A stretch of DNA of 29,236 nucleotides, taken from IMG/VR virus record IMGVR_UViG_3300006924_000108, positions 1 to 29,236 of that record; one strand, written 5' to 3'. The stretch is from a virus (Duplodnaviria; Caudoviricetes). The translations under genes and the position numbers were made by a program. The notes under the pieces were generated by a model. That model saw only the letters and a list, made by a program, of their open reading frames with translations. It searched no databases and was not told the DNA's origin. Each line of letters begins with the position of its first letter. Within the stretch, counting starts at the first letter, position 1. Positions 1 through 8,023 of this stretch are shown here, one piece after another.

Positions 1-547
1 TAAGATAGCAGCAAACGCTGTTGGGTCAAGTGAGATTGCAAATAATGCAGTAACATCTACACAATTATCAAGTGCAGCACTTGATAGTAAAAGCATGTCA
101 GGGAATATAGGATTTAGTGGAGCTAATATCAATATTGGTAGTGGCACTAGTGCTATACTTGAGGTAAAAGGTAAGTTAGGTATTCAAGATGCAAACCCAG
201 TTCAAAAACTTCACATAGACGAAGTAGCTGGTATGGATGTAGGCACAGGAACTTCATCTTCAACAGCACAATTTACACTAGATAGTTTTACAGCAGCTAC
301 ATTTAGAACTGCTAAGTATACAGTATCTGTAACTAACTCTACAGATGGAGACTATCATGCTATAGAAATATTCTTATTTCACGATGGAACAACAGTTTAT
401 TTAACACAGTACGCTTCTATATTTGATAATGGTGCTCAAGCATCTTTTGACGCAGATATAAGTGGCGGTAATGTAAGATTAAGAGTAACACCAGCAAGTG
501 GTGATACAATGGCTTATAAATATATAAGAACAACAATAGAGGTATAA
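1..547 (+). CDS. Virion structural / tail-fibre-like protein, 3' part (5'-truncated by window)
   Basis: The frame is open from nt 2 (KIAANAVGSSEIANNAVTSTQL...) through the ATG at 95, so the gene starts before the window. IAANAV-type repeats, an LGIQDANPVQKLHI motif and a beta-rich C-terminal domain (FRTAKY...HDGTTVYLTQY...ADISGGNVRLRVTP) resemble aquatic phage tail/structural proteins. Confidence 0.7.
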   Translation, partial: KIAANAVGSSEIANNAVTSTQLSSAALDSKSMSGNIGFSGANINIGSGTSAILEVKGKLGIQDANPVQKLHIDEVAGMDVGTGTSSSTAQFTLDSFTAATFRTAKYTVSVTNSTDGDYHAIEIFLFHDGTTVYLTQYASIFDNGAQASFDADISGGNVRLRVTPASGDTMAYKYIRTTIEV

Positions 548-548
548 A

Positions 549-770
549 ATGGGACAAAAATTAGATTTTAATATCGAAGATTCAGGATTAAAGATTGATG
601 GTGCTGATGCCATCGATGCAAGTAGAAACTTTGAGGGTGCAGTAGCCACAGGAAAAATTACTAGTGGTACTATGGCTTCGGCAAGATTGCCAAGAACTAT
701 AACGACTACCGCTCCTACAAATACTGCTGGTACTGTGGATGGTCATATATGGTTCGTATATTCGAGTTAA
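549..770 (+). CDS. Small structural/adaptor protein (73 aa)
   Basis: GAGG SD upstream; starts 1 nt after the previous stop. ITSGTMASARLP and C-terminal TTAPT...DGHIWFVY motifs are typical of fibre-associated proteins. Confidence 0.65.
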   Translation: MGQKLDFNIEDSGLKIDGADAIDASRNFEGAVATGKITSGTMASARLPRTITTTAPTNTAGTVDGHIWFVYSS

Positions 771-773
771 GAC

Positions 774-3700
774 ATGGCAATATATGTTAATGATAGTGGA
801 ACGCTTCGTCAAATTTCCTTTCTGGCAATTAATGATAATGGTACGCTTAGAAGAATCAATGAAGTCTATGTAAACGATAGCGGAAGTCTAGAAGGCCCGT
901 TTACGGTTACACACGAGACGTCTAGAAATACTGCTACTAGTACTAGTACTATTAGTGGATTACAAGATACTTCTTTCTCTACAACTACTACATTTAACAC
1001 AACTCAAAGTACTCTTACTACTTTTGATACTAGTAGAACAACAACATTCAACACAGGCAACGTTACTGAAACTAGTAGAACAACAGCATTTGATACCACA
1101 ACAGCTTATACAACTACAACTGCATTCACTACTACAACAACGTACAATACAACTCAAAGTACAACAACTGCATTTAATACTACTACTGCATTTACAACAA
1201 CGACAACGTTCAATACAACACAGAGTACTACAACAGCTTTTAATACCACAACAGCGTATACAACTACAACTACGTTTAATACTACACAAGCTACAACAAC
1301 TGCATTTAATACTACTACTGCATTTACAACAACGACAACATACAATACAAGTCAGAGTACAACAACTGCATTTAATACAACTACTAACTTTACGACTGTA
1401 ACAACATATAATACAAGTCAAAGTACTACTACCGCATTTACAACTACAACAGCTTTTAGTACTGTAACAACATTTAATACTTCACAAGGTACAACTACAG
1501 CATTTACAACAACAACTGCTTTTAGTACTGTAACAACATTTAATACTACACAAAGTACTACTACTGCATTTACTACAACAACCACGTTCAACACAACGAC
1601 GACGTTTAATACAACACAAAGTACTACAACAGCTTTTACAACTACGACAGCGTTTAATACTACCACGACTTTTAATACAAGTCAAAGTACTACTACTGCA
1701 TTTACAACAACAACAGCTTTTAATACGACAACAACTTTTAATACAAGTCATAGTACAACAACAGCGTATACAACAACAACAACGTTTAATACTACTACAA
1801 CCTTTAATACAAGTCAAAGTACAACAACAGCATTTACAACAACAACCGCTTTTAGTACAACAACAGTATTTAATACAACTCAAAGCACAGTTACAGCATA
1901 TAATACTACAACTACTTATACTACATCATATGATACAGTAATTAGTACAAGTAGAAATACATCTTTTGCAACGAACACTGCTAGAAGTACTAATACTACA
2001 CAGTCTACAGGCTACAATACTACCTTTACTACAAGTACTGCATATATAGATAATACACTTAGGTTATCAAATACTGCTAGAAGCACAAATACTTCTCAGT
2101 CTACTTCATTTACTACTACATTTAGTACAACAACAGCATATCAAGATAATACATCCTTTGCCACAAGTAGAACAACTACATTTATTACAAATACTACATT
2201 TGCTACTAACACTACGTTTACTACTTCAACAGCATATCAAGATAATACATCATTTGCTACAAGTAGAACTACTACTTATATTACAAATACAACCTTTGGA
2301 ACAAATACTACATTTACTACTGCAACAGCATACCAAGACAACACATCGTTTGCTACAAGTAGAAACACCACATTTATTACAAATACTACATTTGCTACTA
2401 ACACTACATTCAGTACTACAACAGCATACCAAGACAATACATCGTTTGCTACAAGTAGAAATACTACATTTATAACAGCAACAGCATACCAAGACAATAC
2501 ATCGTTTGCTACAAGTAGAAATACTACATTTATAACAGCAACAGCATACCAAGACAATACATCGTTTGCTACAAGTAGAAATACTACGTTTGCGACAAAT
2601 ACTGCTTATGTAGATAACACATCATTTATAACAGCATATATAGATAACACTACATTTATAACAGCTTATATAGATAATACAAGCTTTGCTACTAATACTG
2701 CTAGAAATACAAATACAAGTAGAATTACTGCTTATGTAGATAATACAACGTTTGCAACTTCAACTTCATATACTACAACACAGGCAACAAATACAAGTCG
2801 AAGTACTGGATTTACAAACTCAACTGCGTATAATACTTCACAAGCAACAAATACAAGTAGGTCAACAGGATTTACAAATAGTACTAATACTTCTAGAAAT
2901 ACGAATACATCGAGAAGTACCTCATTTGCTACAAATACTTCTAGAAATACGAATACAAGTAGGTCAACAGCATTTACAAATATAACAACTAGAGCAACAG
3001 GTGCAGGTTTTCCTACGTCTAGATTTACAGGATATCCAGGCATAAGAATTACTACTTACATAACAATATTTGAAGAGGAGAATGAGGACAGTGAAGGGGA
3101 AGTATATTATGAAACAATCACAGAGAATACTTCAAGAACTACAAGTATTATACAACAAGTAATTACTTCTTACTTTACGAGTACTAGTTTCAATACTTCC
3201 TTTAGTACTAATACATCTAGAAACACAGCGTTTACTAATAGTACAGGCTTTACAAATAATACAGCTAGAATAACAGCATTTACTAATAGTACAGGCTTTA
3301 CAAATAATACAAATACAAGTAGGATTACTGCTTACATAGACAATACAAGTTTTGGTACAAGTAGAAATACGAATACAAGTAGAATCACTGCTTACATAGA
3401 CAATACAAGTTTTGGTACAAGTAGAAATACTAACACTACTCAATCTACAAATACAAGTAGATCAACAAGTTTTACAAACAGTACTTCATTTACAAATAAT
3501 ACTTCTCAAGCAACAAATACAAGTAGAAATACTACACAAGCAACAAATACGAGTAGAAGTACATCACAAGCAACAAATACAAGTAGAAGTACTAATACTA
3601 CACAATCAACAAGTTATAACACAGTCAGAATATCTAATACAAGTAGGAACACAAATACTACACAATCAACAAGTTATAACACAGTAAGATTATCTAATAC

Positions 3701-5381
3701 AAGTAGAAATACTAACACAACTCAATCAACAAGTTATAACACAGTTAGAATATCTAATACTGCTAGAAGTACTAATACAGTTCAGAGTACTAATACTACA
3801 CAAGGAACTAATACTACACAATCAACAAGCTATAACACAGTAAGATTATCTAATACAAGTAGAAATACTAATACAACCCAAGGTACAAATACCACACAAG
3901 GTACTAATACTTCTCAATCAACAAGTTATAACACATTAAGATTATCAAATACTGCTAGAAGTACTAATACAGTACAAAGTACAAACACTACACAAGGCAC
4001 TAATACAAGTCAGTCAACTACGTACAATACATTAAGATTATCAAATACTGCTAGAAGTACTAATACAAGTCAGTCTACAACTAGAACTACTACGTTTATT
4101 ACAAGTACAGCATATGAAGATAACACTTCAGTATCAACAAACACTGCTAGAAGTACGAACACTACTCAAGCTACTACTAGAAATACTACGTTTACAACAA
4201 GTACTGCTTATGTAGATAATACTTCACAGTCTACAAGTTACGAGACAGCATATATCACAAGTAGAATTAGTTCAAGATCTACAGGTACAAGTAGAAATAC
4301 TACAACTACCTTTGCTACTTCACAAGGTACAATTACTACAAGATCGACGGCTTCAAGTAGAGATACTACTACAGTATTTAATACAGCTAGAGCCTCACTA
4401 ACTAGTAGATCGACTGCATCAAGTAGAGACACTTCAACAGTATATAATACTTCTAAAAATACAGGTACACAAAGAAGTACAGCATCTAGTAGAGATACTT
4501 CTACAGTGTTTAATACAACTAAGACTACAGGCACTCAAAGAAGTACAGCATCTAGTAGAGATACTACAACAACATTTAATACTTCAAGACTAAGCTTAAC
4601 AAGTAGAGGCACTATTACATCTAGAGATACTACTACTACATTTGCTACCACACAAGGTACAATTACAACTAGAAGTACAGCATCTAGTAGAACTACTACA
4701 TCAGTATTCAATACAACTCAATCTACTATTACTAGCAGAGGTACAGCATCAAGTAGAACTACTGTATCAGTATTTAATACAAACACTACTACAGGTACAC
4801 AAAGAAGTACAGCATCTAGTAGAGATACTTCTACAGTGTTTAATACAACTACAAGTACTGCTTCAAGTAGAAGTACTGGTACAAGTAAAACTACTACGTC
4901 CACTTTCTTAACAGACAGAGGAACGGGATCAAGTAGATCAACTCTTACAGATAGAGGAACAACAACTACGTTTGCGACCACACAAGGTACGGTCACAACT
5001 AGAACGACTGGAACGAGTAAAAGTACTACAACCACTTTTAATACTCAAAATGTCACAGGTTCAAGTAGGTCAACAGGGTCTTCCAGAAGTACAGAAACTT
5101 CAAGAACGACAGCGTTTAATACAACTACAGGATATGAAACTAGTAGAACAACAACATTTGCTACAGGCAGAACTACTACAACTACTTTCAATACCACAAG
5201 AACTACAGACACAACGATCGCAACAGATCATTTAACCACAACAGTATTTAATACATCTACTGTTGTATATGAAAGAACAACAGCCTCACAGGTGGGAACT
5301 TTATTCGACACAGAAGTTTCCAGTCTAGACGACTACGGATATTCCTTCTGGGATGGCTCACAATGGAGTGAAAGCAACTAA
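774..5381 (+). CDS. Giant Thr/Ser/Asn-rich repetitive protein (1535 aa); predicted self-complementary beta-hairpin fibre
   Basis: Single uninterrupted ORF. N-terminal YVNDSG/INDNG/YVNDSG hairpin repeats, C-terminal YSFWDGSQW, even-length repeats (20, 22, 32 aa), central acidic segment EEENEDSEGE. Lies at the converging end of the structural operon. Confidence 0.85.
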   Translation: MAIYVNDSGTLRQISFLAINDNGTLRRINEVYVNDSGSLEGPFTVTHETSRNTATSTSTISGLQDTSFSTTTTFNTTQSTLTTFDTSRTTTFNTGNVTETSRTTAFDTTTAYTTTTAFTTTTTYNTTQSTTTAFNTTTAFTTTTTFNTTQSTTTAFNTTTAYTTTTTFNTTQATTTAFNTTTAFTTTTTYNTSQSTTTAFNTTTNFTTVTTYNTSQSTTTAFTTTTAFSTVTTFNTSQGTTTAFTTTTAFSTVTTFNTTQSTTTAFTTTTTFNTTTTFNTTQSTTTAFTTTTAFNTTTTFNTSQSTTTAFTTTTAFNTTTTFNTSHSTTTAYTTTTTFNTTTTFNTSQSTTTAFTTTTAFSTTTVFNTTQSTVTAYNTTTTYTTSYDTVISTSRNTSFATNTARSTNTTQSTGYNTTFTTSTAYIDNTLRLSNTARSTNTSQSTSFTTTFSTTTAYQDNTSFATSRTTTFITNTTFATNTTFTTSTAYQDNTSFATSRTTTYITNTTFGTNTTFTTATAYQDNTSFATSRNTTFITNTTFATNTTFSTTTAYQDNTSFATSRNTTFITATAYQDNTSFATSRNTTFITATAYQDNTSFATSRNTTFATNTAYVDNTSFITAYIDNTTFITAYIDNTSFATNTARNTNTSRITAYVDNTTFATSTSYTTTQATNTSRSTGFTNSTAYNTSQATNTSRSTGFTNSTNTSRNTNTSRSTSFATNTSRNTNTSRSTAFTNITTRATGAGFPTSRFTGYPGIRITTYITIFEEENEDSEGEVYYETITENTSRTTSIIQQVITSYFTSTSFNTSFSTNTSRNTAFTNSTGFTNNTARITAFTNSTGFTNNTNTSRITAYIDNTSFGTSRNTNTSRITAYIDNTSFGTSRNTNTTQSTNTSRSTSFTNSTSFTNNTSQATNTSRNTTQATNTSRSTSQATNTSRSTNTTQSTSYNTVRISNTSRNTNTTQSTSYNTVRLSNTSRNTNTTQSTSYNTVRISNTARSTNTVQSTNTTQGTNTTQSTSYNTVRLSNTSRNTNTTQGTNTTQGTNTSQSTSYNTLRLSNTARSTNTVQSTNTTQGTNTSQSTTYNTLRLSNTARSTNTSQSTTRTTTFITSTAYEDNTSVSTNTARSTNTTQATTRNTTFTTSTAYVDNTSQSTSYETAYITSRISSRSTGTSRNTTTTFATSQGTITTRSTASSRDTTTVFNTARASLTSRSTASSRDTSTVYNTSKNTGTQRSTASSRDTSTVFNTTKTTGTQRSTASSRDTTTTFNTSRLSLTSRGTITSRDTTTTFATTQGTITTRSTASSRTTTSVFNTTQSTITSRGTASSRTTVSVFNTNTTTGTQRSTASSRDTSTVFNTTTSTASSRSTGTSKTTTSTFLTDRGTGSSRSTLTDRGTTTTFATTQGTVTTRTTGTSKSTTTTFNTQNVTGSSRSTGSSRSTETSRTTAFNTTTGYETSRTTTFATGRTTTTTFNTTRTTDTTIATDHLTTTVFNTSTVVYERTTASQVGTLFDTEVSSLDDYGYSFWDGSQWSESN
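1092..1883 (+). repeat. About 12 x 66-bp (22-aa) tandem repeat, N-arm, consensus STTTAFNTTTAFTTTTTFNTTQ
   Basis: Counted in the translation: 12 units ending in NT(T/S)(Q/H). Confidence 0.85.
2130..2600 (+). repeat. 3 x 96-bp then 3 x 60-bp repeats (TAYQDNTSFATSR core), N-arm
   Basis: Six YQDNTSFATSR cores; nt 2461-2520 and 2521-2580 are identical 60-mers. Confidence 0.85.
3588..4055 (+). repeat. 3 x 60-bp then 3 x 96-bp repeats (QSTSYNTVRLSNTSR core), C-arm
   Basis: Six QST(S/T)YNT(V/L)R(I/L)SNT(S/A)R cores, in mirror order to the N-arm block. Confidence 0.85.
4260..5051 (+). repeat. About 12 x 66-bp (22-aa) tandem repeat, C-arm, consensus xTxTxRSTASSRDTTTVFNTxx
   Basis: Twelve units, each with two Arg/Lys and one Phe/Tyr, counted in the translation. 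Confidence 0.85.
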
Positions 5382-5383
5382 GA

Positions 5384-5548
5384 ATGAAAAGCGAAGGCGG
5401 ATTTGAAAAAGAAACAAAGATAACACCAGAATACGTTAACAATAAGATGGAAAGTATGATGCATGCTTTGTATGATTCAATTGAAGAATCAGAAAAGAGA
5501 ATGAGAAATTTAGAGAAACAAATATTTGACCTAAAAAATGGCACTTAA
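5384..5548 (+). CDS. Small coiled-coil protein (54 aa), absent from the ORF track
   Basis: Manual translation MKSEGGFEKETKITPEYVNNKMESMMHALYDSIEESEKRMRNLEKQIFDLKNGT; fills the gap between the fibre gene and the next CDS. Confidence 0.7.
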   Translation: MKSEGGFEKETKITPEYVNNKMESMMHALYDSIEESEKRMRNLEKQIFDLKNGT

Positions 5549-6437
5549 AAGAAAAGGCAAACCTTTGGAGGCTATGACGATTAAGGAATCTTTGGGAGAT
5601 ATTCCTACTCATTTTATGAAGTCAGGGTCTTCGTATAGACCTATAAAAGATCTAAATACTCTAGAAGCTTTTAAGGAAAGAATTATTGATGACTCTCATA
5701 GAGGTGCAAAATTTCAGTACGATATATGGTTTAATACTAATGCTCTCAATACAGTACACAAATGGTTGTATACAGATTTTTTAGGAAACGGTATTTTAAT
5801 AAGAGTTTCTAGTATTAAAATTAATGATAGGCTAATGGAGTCAATTGTTAAAGACCCTTACTTAGAGATAGACCATGAAAGGTGTGAAAAAATTGTAAAT
5901 AACTTTCATAATAAATATACTCTAGGTGTAAATGAAAAGTACCATGATAAAGTAATATTTTTACCAGGTACTAACTTAATTACAAAAGGTAGATGTGTAC
6001 ATTGGGGCAGAGTAAGACGTGCTGTTGATAACGGATTTGTAATTAAACCACACCCAATCACTCAGAAAGTGTGGATAGCAAAACTGAAAAAAGACTACGG
6101 GGAAGAAAATGTACTCGATAAAAAGGTAGGAGGTTTTGAACTTCTTGCAAACTGCAAAGAGTGTGCAACAATGCCTAATAGCGAAATGGGATTGATGGCA
6201 CTCATGCTAGACAAACAATTAAGTATGGTATCACATACAAAAGAGGATAGAGAAAAGTCTCTCTTAACTTATGAAAGTATCTACCATGCAATAGCTAACA
6301 CAAACGCTAAAGAATCTCTAATGAAGATATTCTCAGCAAAAAACTCAGGCATAATCTTTAGTTTTGATGAAGATGCAGAACAACGAAAAGAGCTGTTCCT
6401 GAATAACTTTTGGAACATGAAGGTAAAAAACGGATGA
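5538..6437 (+). CDS. Capsule-synthesis (KpsS/KpsC-like) GT-B glycosyltransferase-like protein
   Basis: VIKPHP and NSEMGLMALMLDK motifs resemble the K-x-H-P and NS(S/T)VGLEAL motifs of Capsule_synth proteins. Confidence 0.55.
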   Translation: MALKRKGKPLEAMTIKESLGDIPTHFMKSGSSYRPIKDLNTLEAFKERIIDDSHRGAKFQYDIWFNTNALNTVHKWLYTDFLGNGILIRVSSIKINDRLMESIVKDPYLEIDHERCEKIVNNFHNKYTLGVNEKYHDKVIFLPGTNLITKGRCVHWGRVRRAVDNGFVIKPHPITQKVWIAKLKKDYGEENVLDKKVGGFELLANCKECATMPNSEMGLMALMLDKQLSMVSHTKEDREKSLLTYESIYHAIANTNAKESLMKIFSAKNSGIIFSFDEDAEQRKELFLNNFWNMKVKNG

Positions 6438-7378
6438 TAGAACTAGTAACAACATATAAGAAAGATTGGACATTTTTCACTTTAGCTTCTCTACTGAATA
6501 AGTCAGGATTTCGTCTGCACTTATTTATACACAAAGAAGACTGGATAGAAAAAGAAGTGTCTTGGATGATAAATAACTTTGAAAACATTAAGATTTATGA
6601 ATCGTGGTGGAGAGAAGACCATATATCAAGAATGACTTTTCATTTAAAAGACCATTGGAAAGATAAAGGTGGACTTGCTAAGAGAATGATTGTATGGTAT
6701 GGTAATAGAATATTCAATAGACCAATTGATGAAGGCGATATACCACCAGCAGAGTTCTTCAAATCTTCACTCTCATTTTTAAGTAGAGACTTAGTATTCG
6801 ATAAAAGTCATTTGGCAAATTATTATGGCATACTTGGTATAGCTACAAAATCTCATCAAAGCATACCATTAGTTGATAAATCAATTGTGGTACTTAACTA
6901 TGACAGATTGTGTGAGTTTCATGATAAAGATTTATTCTTCATGAATCAAAAGATGCCAGTAAGTAATGGTAATAGACCTGCAGTAGATACTAAATTAATA
7001 GCGTGTAAAGATCTTGCTTTCTTTGAAGCACTTACATTCTATAATCATTCATGGTCGCCTTTGTATGTAAATGGAAAGATTGATACATTAGTAGAGCTAG
7101 ATGCTATAGGAGCAAAAGAACTATTAGACTATAATGTAATGTTAAGAAAGTCTTGGAGTATAGATGTTCAGCACAGATTTTTAGCAAAAGATTATCTAAA
7201 CTTACAGACAGGCATACAACTATCAGTGCCTTGGGATTGTTATACAAGACTTATAGACCAGATACCACTAAACTTTAGAAACGCTAGATTGAACGAAGTG
7301 TTACTAACAAAAACTGCAAAGCAGAAAGCAACCACAGGAAAATTAGTAGAAAGGGGATTTTATTTAGGAAAGGTCTAA
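6434..7378 (+). CDS. Degenerate GT-A (GT8-like) fold protein
   Basis: Likely start at ATG 6434 (ATGA overlap). TLASLL...FRLHLF, RMIVWYGNRIF at the DxD position and SIVVLNYDRL resemble GT8 landmarks, but DxD is absent. Confidence 0.4.
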   Translation: MIELVTTYKKDWTFFTLASLLNKSGFRLHLFIHKEDWIEKEVSWMINNFENIKIYESWWREDHISRMTFHLKDHWKDKGGLAKRMIVWYGNRIFNRPIDEGDIPPAEFFKSSLSFLSRDLVFDKSHLANYYGILGIATKSHQSIPLVDKSIVVLNYDRLCEFHDKDLFFMNQKMPVSNGNRPAVDTKLIACKDLAFFEALTFYNHSWSPLYVNGKIDTLVELDAIGAKELLDYNVMLRKSWSIDVQHRFLAKDYLNLQTGIQLSVPWDCYTRLIDQIPLNFRNARLNEVLLTKTAKQKATTGKLVERGFYLGKV

Positions 7379-8023
7379 GTAACCCTCATTTAAGTCAGTC
7401 AAAATTTTCCAATCAATTATTCCTCTCTCATATAAATCAAGCACAATCTCTTTTTCCTTTGGGGAATGGGGATTGCTGTTGATTGTGCTAACAGGAATAT
7501 GCCAACTGTATGGATTGTTCGCACCTGCGATAATTGGAAGTGCCTTAGAAAAGAAATCAAATCCTACCAATGTAAGAGTAGAAAAATTTGTTTTCTGTAA
7601 AAAATATTGAATTGCAATGAAACCTGCTGAAGGCCTTGCACCTGCAGCTACATGGTTCTCCGCTCCAACTAACTTGAATATCGACACAAGCTCTTTGTCC
7701 GAAAACATATCAACATATTTAAAACGTATGTCATGTCTATCATCCGCATCGTCTCCCAGATGCACACGAGAACGATTGAATAGTACTTCACAATCTTTTG
7801 GAAACTTATTTCTCTTTTTGTATCTTAAAAATCCAGTAACCCAAATATCTGTACGCTCACCAATATTATCAGAATTAGTAGAGTCAGGTATTCCATTACC
7901 AAATCTTACAACTGTATCGAAGTTATCTATGTACTCTCCAAGATCATACTGCAGTAACTCAACAGAGTTTCCAACAAGTACTATTGATTTGTTTTCGGTA
8001 AGCTTTCGTAAATTTTGTTCCAT
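7364..8023 (-). CDS. GT29 (sialyltransferase-like) glycosyltransferase
   Basis: Sialylmotif L-like (IVLVGNS...IDNFDTVVRFGN...IGERTD), S-like (PSAGFIAIQYFL...LVGFDF) and VS-like (HSPKEKE). Confidence 0.75.
   Translation of the reverse strand: MEQNLRKLTENKSIVLVGNSVELLQYDLGEYIDNFDTVVRFGNGIPDSTNSDNIGERTDIWVTGFLRYKKRNKFPKDCEVLFNRSRVHLGDDADDRHDIRFKYVDMFSDKELVSIFKLVGAENHVAAGARPSAGFIAIQYFLQKTNFSTLTLVGFDFFSKALPIIAGANNPYSWHIPVSTINSNPHSPKEKEIVLDLYERGIIDWKILTDLNEGYLDLS

Noticed and set aside
95-547. ORF-track start at nt 95
   Set aside because: The frame is open back to the window edge, so the gene is 5'-truncated.
1092-5051. Repeat arrays as a CRISPR array or DGR template/variable repeats
   Set aside because: Repeats are in-frame and degenerate with no unique spacers; no cas or reverse transcriptase gene in the window.
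955-5235. Many alternative-frame and antisense ORFs (Val-rich, Cys/Ser-rich, Leu/Gln-rich) inside the giant gene
   Set aside because: Shadows of repeated ACN Thr codons; short, fragmented and without translation signals.
774-5381. DNA-level inverted repeat or RNA hairpin explaining the symmetry
   Set aside because: Both arms are ACA/ACT-rich on the same strand and are not reverse complements; the symmetry exists only in the protein.
774-5381. Ice-nucleation protein or tape measure protein
   Set aside because: Lacks the InaZ AGYGSTxTA repeat and is not helical or Ala-rich; mixed repeat lengths and mirror register fit a hairpin better than a solenoid.
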